Shown here piece by piece: positions 8,428 through 18,641 of a stretch of DNA of 64,000 bases. Source of the DNA: Balneolales bacterium (lineage in GTDB: Bacteria > Bacteroidota > Rhodothermia > Balneolales > Natronogracilivirgulaceae). The position numbers were made by a program, and so were the translations under genes. The number at the start of each line of letters is the position of its first letter. The stretch's first letter is position 1. The notes under the pieces were generated by a model. The model was not told the origin of the DNA. It saw only the letters and a list, made by a program, of their open reading frames with translations, and did not search any database. Where the stretch lies: NCBI GenBank assembly GCA_040878115.1, contig JBBDMV010000108.1:3118-67117 (forward strand). Reading direction: 5' to 3'.

Positions 8428-10185
8428 GTGTTTTATAAATCCTGGTTGTTTTTTGCTTTTTTAGGTTTACTAATCAGTGCTTGTTCATTTACTAATGGTG
8501 GCTCCACGGCTGACCTTGTTGTTGTAAACGGTCAGGTAGCGACTGTCGATAGTGAGTTTTCAAAGGCCGAAGCCTTTGCCATTCAAAATGGAAAATTTGT
8601 AGCTGTCGGTGACAACGATGAGGTGCAGAAGTTTATCGGAAACGAGACTCGTGTCATCGATGCCGAGGGAAAAACTATAATTCCGGGTTTAATCGAATCA
8701 CATACGCATGCTACGGGTGTTGTAAATCGTGAGCTTTCAGCGGGTCGGGCCTATGAACAACTTGGATCTATTCAAGAGATCCAGGAATGGTTGGAAGTCC
8801 AGGTAGAGCAAACGCCGGAAGGGGGCTGGATCCAGCTCCCGCGTGCGGAAGTGACCCGTATAAAGGAAGGCCGGATCCCTACATCTGAAGAGCTCGATGA
8901 GGTAACCCCGAATAATCCTGCGGTATTCAATTGGCAATATGCAGACCGCCAGATACAAGTATTGAACAAAGCGGCAATGGAAGCTGCCGGCATTACAAAA
9001 GATACACCTGTTCCGGAGGGTGGCAGGATTCAGCTGGGAAGCGATGGGGAGCCTACAGGAAGGGTAGAAGATAGTCCGGAATTGACAGAAAGGTTTTTGG
9101 AAAGCCAATCTTACACGGATGAAGAGTATCATGACGCCTTGGCACGATTGCTTAATCGTTATAATGAAGTAGGAATTACAAGTATTTTTGAGCGAGGCAG
9201 TGATGAAGAAGGCTATCACTCCTTTCGAAAGCTAAAGGAGGAAGGACGCTTGACCGTTCGCGCTACGGTGACTATGCGTTTTTTAGGGTTAGACGGAACG
9301 ATAGAGGGAGCAGAAGAAGCTTTCCAGGGGCTGTCATTGGAGTATGGTGAAGGTGATGATTGGGTGCGCGTCGGGCCACTTAAGTTTCGAATAGATGGAG
9401 GCGTCTTATATGGCACGGCATTTATGCGGGAACCTTATGGGGAAGCTTCCTTTGATCTTTATGGCATCGATGATCCTACTTACCGGGGATCATCTGTGTT
9501 TACCCCTGAGCAGGTAGAAAATATTCTTCATGTGGGTCAGAGTTTGGGCTGGCAGATGTCTGCCCATGTAACGGGTAATGCTGGTGTAGACCTGGTCCTG
9601 GATGCCATAGAAGCTACAGACAACCTTGTAAACGATGATGACCATCGTTTTACACTTATTCATGCTTATTTTGCCAATCAGGGGACAGCCGAAAGAGTTG
9701 AGCGATTGGGTGTCGGCATTGATACTCAGCCTCCCTGGTATCATATGGATGGAGATGGCTTGCTTGGTGCGCTGGGTGAAGATCGCCTCCGTCAGTTTAT
9801 CGGCATTGGGGAGTGGCACGATGCAGGTGCCAAGGTCTCTATTAATTCTGACCATATGATGGGATTTGGCCCTAACTCGTCACTCAACCCTTATAATCCT
9901 TTCCTTACGATGTATACTGTCATAACACGCCGCACCAGCAGCGGTGAGGTGATCGGCTCGGACCAAAAGGTTTCTCGTGAAGATGCATTGCGCATGATGA
10001 CGATAAATGCCGCATGGTTCAGCTTCGATGAAGAGCGGAAGGGATCAATTGAAGTCGGAAAGCTTGGTGATTTTGCGATCCTGTCGGACGATTTCTTTAA
10101 TTGCGAAGAAGAAGAAATTAAAGATATTCAGTCACTTATGACTGTAGTAGGTGGTGAAGTTGTCCATGAAACAGATGGGGAATAG
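8428..10185 (+). CDS. amidohydrolase-family (Amidohydro_3 / YtcJ-like) metal-dependent hydrolase, lipoprotein
   Basis: GTG start. Lipobox LLISACS, IPGLIESHTHA metal motif, C-terminal GSIEVGKLGDFAILS block. Confidence 0.85.
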   Translation: MFYKSWLFFAFLGLLISACSFTNGGSTADLVVVNGQVATVDSEFSKAEAFAIQNGKFVAVGDNDEVQKFIGNETRVIDAEGKTIIPGLIESHTHATGVVNRELSAGRAYEQLGSIQEIQEWLEVQVEQTPEGGWIQLPRAEVTRIKEGRIPTSEELDEVTPNNPAVFNWQYADRQIQVLNKAAMEAAGITKDTPVPEGGRIQLGSDGEPTGRVEDSPELTERFLESQSYTDEEYHDALARLLNRYNEVGITSIFERGSDEEGYHSFRKLKEEGRLTVRATVTMRFLGLDGTIEGAEEAFQGLSLEYGEGDDWVRVGPLKFRIDGGVLYGTAFMREPYGEASFDLYGIDDPTYRGSSVFTPEQVENILHVGQSLGWQMSAHVTGNAGVDLVLDAIEATDNLVNDDDHRFTLIHAYFANQGTAERVERLGVGIDTQPPWYHMDGDGLLGALGEDRLRQFIGIGEWHDAGAKVSINSDHMMGFGPNSSLNPYNPFLTMYTVITRRTSSGEVIGSDQKVSREDALRMMTINAAWFSFDEERKGSIEVGKLGDFAILSDDFFNCEEEEIKDIQSLMTVVGGEVVHETDGE

Positions 10186-10402
10186 TGGGCAGGCCAAAAG
10201 CCATAATTGAGAATCAGCGATTCTTGGAGGTAATCAATAAATCAGTTAAAATTTCCGGGTCTGGGCACAACTTAAAGAATAGAATGCAACCGAAACTTCT
10301 TGGCACAGGCAACCCTCTGTGTAAAGGAGATATTTGCTATCCAACATGCCGTCCTGCGGGCCCGGTATTGAATCGTTTTTACCAAAACAAATAATAAATA
10401 AA

Positions 10403-12142
10403 ATGAATGATCAGGAAACTAAGTTCAGTGAAGAGTCCGCCGAACTAAAAGATGCACAACAAAGAGGTGGCTTAAGCAAATACAAAACCTATGCCAGACT
10501 GGCTGGCCCCGGTTGGCTTCAGAGTGCTCTTGTGCTGGGTGGCGGTTCGCTGGCTGGAAGTCTCTATTTGGGTGTACTTACCGGAGTTAACGCGATTTGG
10601 CTACAACCGGTGGCAATGGTCCTTACCATTATCATGTTCGGTGCTCTGAGCTATGTGGTATTATCGACAGGCGAACGTCCCTTCCAGGCTATCAATAAGC
10701 ATATCAATCCAGTATTGGGTTGGTCATGGGCCTTGGCTGCTTTGGTATCCTGCATGGTGTGGGCTATGCCTCAATATGCACTGGCATCGGCAGTGCTTCA
10801 GCAAAATCTGGCACCAGGGTTGCTTGGCGCAGACGGTCCGCTGGGGGATATGCTTTCAAAGGCAATCATTGCAGGATCGTTTTTTGTTTTGGTTACTGCT
10901 GTAGCATGGCGATATAGTGATTCCGGGCGAGGCGTCAAAATATTTGAATGGTCACTCAAAGTAATGATCTATATTGTCGTAGCCTGTTTTATAGGCGTGG
11001 TTGTGCGGCTGGCCCTGCTCCCGGGTGGACTGGACTGGTCCGGAATCTTGCAAGGAATTATTCCAGACCCCTCCCTTTTCTTTCGACCATCAGAAGGATT
11101 CATACCCTTTCTTGAGGGTATCCCCGTAGAATTTCGCGGGTTTTGGGAGGATGTGATCGTGTCAAGGCAGAGAGAGGTAATAATAGCAGTTGCCGCGGCA
11201 GCAGGTGGAGTCAATGCCACCTTTTTGCTGGCCTATTCGATGTTACGGCGGGGATGGGGTAAAGAGTACCGTGGGCTGGCTATTTTTGATCTTAGCACCG
11301 GCATGTTAATTCCCTTTGCTCTGGTTACTACCTGTGTTATCATAGCGGCTTCTCATCAATTTCATACTGCACCTCAACCGGGATTCGTACCCATAGAAAA
11401 CGGCCAGGAGATGGTTGTAGAGCCCTCCGAAGCCCACGTTCAGGAGTTTGAAGGGTTATTGGAGGATAGGATTTTGTTTGAGGCTTCCTTGTCAGGCAAT
11501 GCTGAACTTTCTAGTGATGAAGTTGCCATACAAATGGGAGAGATCTCCGAGCCTGAACGGTTAATTGCCGCCACTTTATTAACACGGGATGCTATTGATC
11601 TGGCAACCTCTCTGGAACCTTTGACCGGAACATTATTTGCCAGGATCATCTTTGGCATCGGCATTTTAGGGATGACTATTTCGACTGTTGTACTTCATAT
11701 GTTAGTTTCTGGAATGGTAATCTGCGAAATGCTCGGACGCCCACATACCGGATGGACATTACGTATTGGATCCCTGGCAGCTGCCACGGGGATATTAGGC
11801 CCTTTTCTCTGGCAGAAAGCTGCGTTCTGGTTGGCGATACCAACCTCTATTTTTGCTTTTATCCTATTGCCAAGCGCCTATTTTACATTCTATCTTATGT
11901 TGAATAAGCGCAGCCTGATGGGTAAAGAAATGCCCTCCGGTTACCGCGGCCAGATACTGAATATCATCATGGTTTTGGTGATCATCCTTTTTTCCGTGAT
12001 TAGTGTATATGTAATCTGGACTAGCGCTGGCGTATGGGGATTAGCAGCTTTGGCGTTATTTCTTGCAGCCATAATCGCGGGACACTTTTCGGTTAAACAT
12101 AATTCACAAAAGGTTGATGAATATCAGGGACACCATGATTAA
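10403..12142 (+). CDS. NRAMP-family divalent-metal-transporter-like membrane protein
   Basis: LAGPGWLQSALVLGGGSLAGSLYLG N-terminal NRAMP motif and multiple TM segments. I prefer the ATG at 10403 (MNDQETK) over the track start at 10334. Confidence 0.8.
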   Translation: MNDQETKFSEESAELKDAQQRGGLSKYKTYARLAGPGWLQSALVLGGGSLAGSLYLGVLTGVNAIWLQPVAMVLTIIMFGALSYVVLSTGERPFQAINKHINPVLGWSWALAALVSCMVWAMPQYALASAVLQQNLAPGLLGADGPLGDMLSKAIIAGSFFVLVTAVAWRYSDSGRGVKIFEWSLKVMIYIVVACFIGVVVRLALLPGGLDWSGILQGIIPDPSLFFRPSEGFIPFLEGIPVEFRGFWEDVIVSRQREVIIAVAAAAGGVNATFLLAYSMLRRGWGKEYRGLAIFDLSTGMLIPFALVTTCVIIAASHQFHTAPQPGFVPIENGQEMVVEPSEAHVQEFEGLLEDRILFEASLSGNAELSSDEVAIQMGEISEPERLIAATLLTRDAIDLATSLEPLTGTLFARIIFGIGILGMTISTVVLHMLVSGMVICEMLGRPHTGWTLRIGSLAAATGILGPFLWQKAAFWLAIPTSIFAFILLPSAYFTFYLMLNKRSLMGKEMPSGYRGQILNIIMVLVIILFSVISVYVIWTSAGVWGLAALALFLAAIIAGHFSVKHNSQKVDEYQGHHD

Positions 12143-12250
12143 CCATTTGGTACATCAAAAAAAGAAATATAACTTTACAAGGCCATTTACTAAACTTTTT
12201 TAATTTAGCTGTCATTAATATTTTATAAAAAATCTATTTCCTTCAAGACT

Positions 12251-13585
12251 ATGAAAAATAATAATAATAAGTTCACTGGGGCCGATGGCGAAGTCAGGCT
12301 AATGACATTAAATCCTGGACATTTTCATGCTGCTCTAGTGCAGAAGAATATGCTTAACCAGGTCAGTCCAACTGCTAATATTTATGCCCCGGAAGGTGCA
12401 GATCTTGATCTTCATCTCGAACGAATAAAAAGTTTTAATTCTCGGAAGGTTAACCCTGCTAACTGGCAAACCGAAGTTCACGCGAGCGCAGATTTTTTTT
12501 CGCGAATGCTTAAAGAGCAGCCTGGAAATGTAATGATTACGGCTGGCAATAATCGGGAAAAAGCAGAGTATATAAAACGAGCAGTAGATGCTGGCATCAA
12601 TGTTCTTTCAGACAAACCTATGGTCATTAACAAAGAGGGTTGGGAACTTCTTGTATCAGCTTTCAGATCAGCTGCGCAGAATGATGTTTTAATTTATGAC
12701 ATTATGACTGAACGTAATGAAATAACAAGCAACATTCAAAGGCGGCTGGCGCAAAATAAAAGTTTGTTCGGTGAGCTACAAAAAGGTAGCCCTGATAAAC
12801 CTGCTATTGTTAAAGAAAGTGTACACCATCTCTTGAAAGAAGTCTCAGGGATACCGCTTCGTCGACCGCCATGGTATTTTGATGTTAAACAGCAGGGGGA
12901 AGGCATTGTTGATGTAACTACCCATCTTGTCGACCTTTCCATGTGGGGAGCTTTTCCTAATCAGGTTATGGATTACCAGAAAGATATTCAGATGCTAAAA
13001 GCCAGCCGCTGGCCAACGCAAGTATCCCTGAAGCAGTTTAATACTATGACAGGCGAATCACAATTTCCAGATTATCTGCAGGATCAGGTAATTGACGGAG
13101 TGCTTCCTTTGTACAGCAATGGCGAAATACTATTTAAGCTTCGTGGCCATCATACACGCGTTTGGGTTAAATGGGACTATCAGGCAGCCGCTGGGGGTGG
13201 GGATACTCATTTTTCATTATTTCGTGGGACTCGATCTAGCCTGGTTATTCGCCAGGGTAAAGAACAAAACTTTAAAAGCACATTATATGTAGAACCTTCT
13301 CAGGATGTTGATCATAAAGAGATCGATAAAGCTTTTAAAGATGCTGTTACCGCCTTACAAAATGAATATCCGGAATTAACTTACAAGCCAGCTGAAAAAG
13401 GCTGGGAGCTTTCTATACCCGATAAATATTATCTCGGCCATGAAGCTCATTTTGGAACGGTAGCTCAAAATTATTACGGTTATCTTGTTGATGGTAAGCT
13501 CCCGGATTGGGAAGTCCCGAATATGATCACGAAGTATTATGTAACCACACAAGCCCTGGAAATGGCATTGAAAAATGCTTCATAG
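12251..13585 (+). CDS. oxidoreductase (Gfo/Idh/MocA-related, putative oxidoreductase C-terminal domain family)
   Basis: 444 aa. LMTLNPGHFHAALVQ N-terminal block in place of the classic GxGxxG, as in the Bacteroidota 'putative oxidoreductase C-terminal domain' proteins. The assignment is from memory of that family. Confidence 0.65.
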   Translation: MKNNNNKFTGADGEVRLMTLNPGHFHAALVQKNMLNQVSPTANIYAPEGADLDLHLERIKSFNSRKVNPANWQTEVHASADFFSRMLKEQPGNVMITAGNNREKAEYIKRAVDAGINVLSDKPMVINKEGWELLVSAFRSAAQNDVLIYDIMTERNEITSNIQRRLAQNKSLFGELQKGSPDKPAIVKESVHHLLKEVSGIPLRRPPWYFDVKQQGEGIVDVTTHLVDLSMWGAFPNQVMDYQKDIQMLKASRWPTQVSLKQFNTMTGESQFPDYLQDQVIDGVLPLYSNGEILFKLRGHHTRVWVKWDYQAAAGGGDTHFSLFRGTRSSLVIRQGKEQNFKSTLYVEPSQDVDHKEIDKAFKDAVTALQNEYPELTYKPAEKGWELSIPDKYYLGHEAHFGTVAQNYYGYLVDGKLPDWEVPNMITKYYVTTQALEMALKNAS

Positions 13586-13887
13586 GCCGTATCTATAATA
13601 TAATTTTGATTAATTAATTACCAGACTGACAAGTGTGACAGTATAGTACACGATCAAAATACCTTGGGTTGAGTTTCATTGTCGGTGGAGTGAATAACTA
13701 AAGGTATTCTTGGTTCTATAGATCGTCAGGCATTAGGCTATATTGTCATCTCTGACAAAGAAGAATATTATCCAAAGTAGTTCTTCCTCAAGGTCTGTTA
13801 AGGGTGTATTCGCCCAGGGTCTCCTTTTCGAAACCCTGGGTTGGACGCACGCGATTTAATGAAGCTGTTTAGCCGGTTAGGATTTTA

Positions 13888-14838
13888 TCAGGAGAAGGCA
13901 TTTCTTAATACTTCCAGACTTTTTGGTACGGCAGTTTCAGGATCTTCTTTCCCTTCCATTTCCAGGGAAACAAACCCTTTAAATCCAGCTTTTTCCAATA
14001 TGGTAGCAATTCTTGGATAGTCCAAATCCAAGGTGTACCATTCTCCGCCACCATAGTAAGTTTTAGCCTGTACTATGCTGGCGTACGGAGCTAATTGTTC
14101 GATTTGGCTATAAGGATCTCCAACAAAGTTACCCGTATCCAGATTTAAACCCATCCAGGGAGAACCAGATAACGCTTTATAAATGGCCAACAAACCATCT
14201 ACTCTTGTAGTTAAACCCCAATGGTTTTCTAGTCCCAAAACCACTCCTTCTCTTTCTGCTTCAACCAGGCATTCCCCAATGGAATCGATACACCACTGGA
14301 AGGCATTGTCTTCTGTATAGCCTTCTAAAGGAGGCTCTTGCCCTTTAACTTCCATCAATTCATCGAAAGATGGTATTGTTCCCCATCGACCTGAATTCAG
14401 CCGAATACTGGGTATGCCCAATTTTGCGGCCAGCTGGATACAATGTATGGTATGGTCAATAGCTTTTTGTCTTTCTGCCTTATCGGGAGAAACAAAATCC
14501 TGGTGAATGGATAGCATCATTAAACCCAGCCCGTTTTCAAAAGCTAATCTCTTGAGTTTGTTTATGTAGGCTGTGGATTCCTCTGCCATCTGCCTATGTA
14601 GAATTTCTACCCCATCAAAGCCTAACCTTCCTGCATTCTCAATAACTTTTTCTATAGGGTATAGTTCTGATTTGAAATGCCAATAAGAATAGGTGGATAC
14701 CCCTATTCGGCTTTTTAATCCATTAGTTAACTTAGAGTTTCCCTGTTCTGCGAATGTAAGGCCAGGGAAAGTTAGGGCTGATGCTCCAATTAATCCTGCC
14801 TTTTTCAACCAGTTTCTTCTTGGATTATTATTTTCCAT
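13888..14838 (-). CDS. sugar phosphate isomerase/epimerase (xylose-isomerase-like TIM barrel), Tat-exported
   Basis: Twin-arginine signal [23 protein letters not shown]-barrel blocks GFDGVEI and LGLENH. Confidence 0.85.
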   Translation of the reverse strand: MENNNPRRNWLKKAGLIGASALTFPGLTFAEQGNSKLTNGLKSRIGVSTYSYWHFKSELYPIEKVIENAGRLGFDGVEILHRQMAEESTAYINKLKRLAFENGLGLMMLSIHQDFVSPDKAERQKAIDHTIHCIQLAAKLGIPSIRLNSGRWGTIPSFDELMEVKGQEPPLEGYTEDNAFQWCIDSIGECLVEAEREGVVLGLENHWGLTTRVDGLLAIYKALSGSPWMGLNLDTGNFVGDPYSQIEQLAPYASIVQAKTYYGGGEWYTLDLDYPRIATILEKAGFKGFVSLEMEGKEDPETAVPKSLEVLRNAFS

Positions 14839-15019
14839 AACATTAAGTTTAAGGTTTAAATAAAAGTAATGTAATTATAATAAGTGATTATTAAATTATA
14901 AAAAAATATTTATAATTTAATTTCAAAGATGTGCAAATTATCAACGGTTGATTACTTTATGGTCTTTAACCCTGTTGCCACTTATATCCTTTACAGACAG
15001 AATTCTTTTTTATTTAAAT

Positions 15020-15056
15020 TAAAAAGCCTGTTGACAGTCTTAACCGCCAACAGGCT
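15020..15056 (-). terminator. rho-independent terminator of mdh
   Basis: agcctgttg (15025-15033) pairs with caacaggct (15048-15056). The A-run at 15021-15025 on the plus strand gives a U-tract on the minus strand. Confidence 0.75.
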
Positions 15057-15091
15057 TTAGGAAGTCTTGTTACTTATGTAGTTATATTCCG

Positions 15092-16048
15092 CTAATTGCT
15101 TAGGATTCTTTCCAGATCAGACAAAGCGGCTTTTACCTGTTTGGCTGAGGTCTCGAGTAGTGCCTTCTCGTCGGAATCCAGTTCGATTTCAATGATTTCT
15201 TTAATGCCGCCATAACCAAGCTTAACGGGTACTCCAAGGTACTGGTCGCTTAACCCGAATTGACCGTCCAGAAGGGCGGCGCATGGGAAGATACGGTTTT
15301 GATCAAGGGCGATAGCTTCAGCCATCTGAGCAGCGGCAGCACCGGGCGCGTACCAGGCCGAAGTCCCCATCAGGCCGACCAGTTCACCGCCACCTGTTTT
15401 GGTACGTTCAATGATTTCAGCAAGTTTTCCTTTAGCGATTAACTGGGTAACCGGAATTCCTGAAACGGTAGTATAACGCGGAAGAGGGACCATTGTGTCT
15501 CCGTGACCACCAAGGATCAATGCCTGAATATCTTTGGGAGAAATCTTTAGTTCTTCAGCAAGAAAAGCACGGTAACGGGCAGTATCAAGAATACCTGCCA
15601 TACCCAAAACACGACTGGCCGGTAAGCCACTGGCTTTATATGCCACGTAGGTCATCACATCCAACGGATTGGATACAACGATGATAGTAGTGTTGGGCGA
15701 ATGCTCAACGAGTTGCTTAGTTACTGTTTGTACGATGTTGGCATTAATGCCGAGTAGATCGTCGCGACTCATGCCAGGTTTACGTGGCACTCCGGCAGTG
15801 ATGATGCAGATATCGGAACCTTCCGTATCTTTATAATCTGTTGTACCTCTGAGATGGGTATCAAAATTATGAATTGGTGCTGTTTGCCATTGATCTAATG
15901 CCCGGCCTTTGGAGGGGTAAAATGTTTTATCTCCATCTTTGCGTTCCAGATCTACTGCAATTACTTCTTTAGCGAAATCTTTTTGGGCTACGGCAAGTGC
16001 TGCGGTTGAACCCACATTACCACCAGCTCCCACTACTGTTATCTTCAT
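15092..16048 (-). CDS. mdh: malate dehydrogenase (LDH-like type)
   Basis: MKITVVGAGGNVGSTAA Rossmann N-terminus, ITAGVPRKPGMSRDDL, GGHGDTMVP. Confidence 0.95.
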   Translation of the reverse strand: MKITVVGAGGNVGSTAALAVAQKDFAKEVIAVDLERKDGDKTFYPSKGRALDQWQTAPIHNFDTHLRGTTDYKDTEGSDICIITAGVPRKPGMSRDDLLGINANIVQTVTKQLVEHSPNTTIIVVSNPLDVMTYVAYKASGLPASRVLGMAGILDTARYRAFLAEELKISPKDIQALILGGHGDTMVPLPRYTTVSGIPVTQLIAKGKLAEIIERTKTGGGELVGLMGTSAWYAPGAAAAQMAEAIALDQNRIFPCAALLDGQFGLSDQYLGVPVKLGYGGIKEIIEIELDSDEKALLETSAKQVKAALSDLERILSN

Positions 16049-16083
16049 ACCTGTTAATTTTTAAGTTATATTTTATTAAATAA

Positions 16084-16956
16084 TTATATCCGCTCACGAA
16101 AATCTACTCCCCACATCAACTTGGTGCGCAGTGTTTTGAAATAATCCTGTCCGGGTAATTTTATCAAGTCAATAGTATAATCCGACCGTTTAATATTGAC
16201 GAAAGTAAGCGGACCATCAACTTCGCAAATTTTTCCGTCATTTGAAAATAGAACTTCTTGTCCTGGTGGGTCTACAGCTATGCAGATTATTTTGTCAGAT
16301 GGTAGTACCAGGGGGCGGGTAGTTAATGTGTGAGGATTGATAGGGGTTAGGGTAACCACGTGTGTTTCAGGCATCACGATAGGTCCTCCGGATGAGAGGT
16401 TGTATGCTGTGGAACCTGTAGGCGTGGAGACAATTATTCCATCAGACCAGTACTTGTTAATGAATAAATCGTCCAGCTTAGCTACCAGGGTAATCATGGA
16501 AGCCATTCCTTTTTTTGAAAATAAGAATTCGTTAAAAGCTAAGAAAGTCTCCCCATTTTCTGTGGTGGCTTCGAGCAGGTAGCGCTTGTCCAGTTCATAA
16601 TTTCCGTTCAGTAGATAATCGAAGGCCTTATGTATTTTTTCTTGCTGGATGTTGGCCAAAAAACCCATCCTCCCACTGTTGACACCCAGAATAGGTTTCC
16701 CGGAATCACCTACTCTGCGGGCAGCCCATAACATGGTCCCGTCTCCGCCCAGGGATACGACAAAATCAGATGCTTTTACGGCTGGAGTTTCTCCTCCCGT
16801 TGTTGATACGTGATCAAATTGTTTGCCGTCTAAATACAAGCTCAGTTTCTGATCAAATATAATAGAGACGCCTTTTTCCTTAGCCCAATTTATAATGTCA
16901 ATAAGCGGTTCTTTAACCGCGGGCTTTTCCGGATTTGCGATTATACAGATAATCAT
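16084..16956 (-). CDS. nadK: NAD(+) kinase
   Basis: GGDGTMLWAAR and STPTGSTAYNLSSGGPIV motifs. Confidence 0.93.
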   Translation of the reverse strand: MIICIIANPEKPAVKEPLIDIINWAKEKGVSIIFDQKLSLYLDGKQFDHVSTTGGETPAVKASDFVVSLGGDGTMLWAARRVGDSGKPILGVNSGRMGFLANIQQEKIHKAFDYLLNGNYELDKRYLLEATTENGETFLAFNEFLFSKKGMASMITLVAKLDDLFINKYWSDGIIVSTPTGSTAYNLSSGGPIVMPETHVVTLTPINPHTLTTRPLVLPSDKIICIAVDPPGQEVLFSNDGKICEVDGPLTFVNIKRSDYTIDLIKLPGQDYFKTLRTKLMWGVDFRERI

Positions 16957-17020
16957 AAAACAATGGTCACTAAAATAGTGGAGTTTTGTTGAAACTTTTT
17001 TTAAATAATCAATTCTACTC

Positions 17021-18568
17021 TCAGTTTACATGATTACTTAAGGAAACATTTTCAGAAACTCTGGCATCATTTAAGTTTAGCCACCATGAGTAGCTGTTGA
17101 ATCCGATCCCATCTATATTATTATTGATTAAATAATAACGATCTTTGTCAAAACGGAGAATCTCCTGAGGCAAAGTTTCTGTCTGATGGTGGGGAGTATA
17201 ACGCGTTTGTTGATCCAAATACAGGAAAATATTTCGGCTGAAAACCCTCTGGTCCATAAGTACAGCTTTGAAATCCTTTTTATACTGGTTTATAATTTGT
17301 GCACTTAGTAATTGTGCAGATAAATCAGAACCAAAGGCAAGGATCAAGCTCTGGCCTTCGCGACCCTGCGTGAAACGTTGTTTCAGATCGTCTAGAGAGG
17401 ATTCATCATCCTGACCGTCTGCCTGATAAATCAGTTGAAGTGATGGATTCCCAAGATTGGCTTTAAGGGAGTCGAAGGGTAGGATATTAGCCAGGGTTGA
17501 AGCGTGCCTGGAATCTAAACCATGCTTGTTATTGGGGTTATATCGAACGATATAAGATTCCTTATGATCAATCACGCCCAATTCATATTGTTCCCGGTAA
17601 GATATTTCCAATTCGTTATCCGAATTAACAAGTGTCTGGATCATTTGCGGACCTAGCTCCATGATTACGTTCAGCCGGCCAAGCGCGAATTGCCTGAATA
17701 TACGGGCTTCATCTTCGAGGTTTAGAATTTCAACACGTTTTGGTTTTTGCAGAACTTCATTTTCATCTGTGATACGGTAGTCTGTATTTCTGTTTAAAAT
17801 GTAAAGCGTGTCTCCAGAGCTGGCCCCGAATGAGAAAGGGCCCGTTCCTACCGGATGATCTTTTAATCCATTTGTGCGGCGTCTTAAGGCTTCTTGTGGA
17901 TAAACTACGGCGAAGGGTGATGCGAGTTTGTATAAGAAGTCGGGATCGCGTTCGATCAAGGTAAAGGTGAGTGTGCTGTCATTGTTGGCTTGGATTCCAT
18001 CAATCTGGTCCAGTGTTCTTTCTTCCGGCTGATAAACTTCACGTTGTTCATAAAAATATGCTTCAAAACCACTGATATGGTCCACAAATAATTCAGCGGC
18101 ATTGGGTGGCACGTCGCGGGATGCCATGCGTTCAAAGGCCTGTTTAAAGTCTGAAGCGCGGACTCGACGGCCGATCCCGCTATTAAAACTTTCATCGTCG
18201 TGATAATAAGTACTTTTATCCAGATAGAATGTGTATTGCAGGGAGTCGCTGCTAATTTGCCAGCGTTTTGCTATGGCGGGCTTAATATCATCCTGCTCAT
18301 CCAAGGTAACCAAACCCTCATAAATTAATTGTATCGCCCTTTGAGAGGCTGGATTTAATGCAAACAAAGGATCAAAACCGGTTATGTTATTGACTTCACC
18401 AATTCGCAGAACATTATCTATAGATTCCTGATCTGCCGCCTCCATTATTTCAGGGGCAGATGGTGTATCAGGTTGATTGTCAACGATTACTGTTTCAATG
18501 GTCCTGGATGAGCAGGCCTGCAGCAACAGCATGCATAGAATCCATAATGTAATAGAATGGCTCTTCAT
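17021..18568 (-). CDS. ABC-transporter family-5 (peptide/nickel type) substrate-binding lipoprotein
   Basis: Lipobox LLLQACSS. SBP_bac_5-like blocks (LVTLDEQDDIKPAIAKRWQIS, HPVGTGPF). Confidence 0.75.
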   Translation of the reverse strand: MKSHSITLWILCMLLLQACSSRTIETVIVDNQPDTPSAPEIMEAADQESIDNVLRIGEVNNITGFDPLFALNPASQRAIQLIYEGLVTLDEQDDIKPAIAKRWQISSDSLQYTFYLDKSTYYHDDESFNSGIGRRVRASDFKQAFERMASRDVPPNAAELFVDHISGFEAYFYEQREVYQPEERTLDQIDGIQANNDSTLTFTLIERDPDFLYKLASPFAVVYPQEALRRRTNGLKDHPVGTGPFSFGASSGDTLYILNRNTDYRITDENEVLQKPKRVEILNLEDEARIFRQFALGRLNVIMELGPQMIQTLVNSDNELEISYREQYELGVIDHKESYIVRYNPNNKHGLDSRHASTLANILPFDSLKANLGNPSLQLIYQADGQDDESSLDDLKQRFTQGREGQSLILAFGSDLSAQLLSAQIINQYKKDFKAVLMDQRVFSRNIFLYLDQQTRYTPHHQTETLPQEILRFDKDRYYLINNNIDGIGFNSYSWWLNLNDARVSENVSLSNHVN

Positions 18569-18641
18569 AAAGAGATGAATTTAGAGAATAATCACGTTTA
18601 ATATATGAATAAAATACCCAAAGGCATGATTTAGAGCATAT

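Noticed and set aside
10290-10402. Possible yybP-ykoY (Mn) riboswitch upstream of the NRAMP-like gene (GGAGA ... CAACAUG)
   Set aside because: The two boxes are only about 18 nt apart and no four-way junction can be drawn. This is not supported.
10185-10402. 69-aa ORF 10185-10394 and the 23-codon N-terminal extension of the NRAMP-like ORF
   Set aside because: Both lie in the intergenic leader. The conserved transporter sequence begins after the ATG at 10403.
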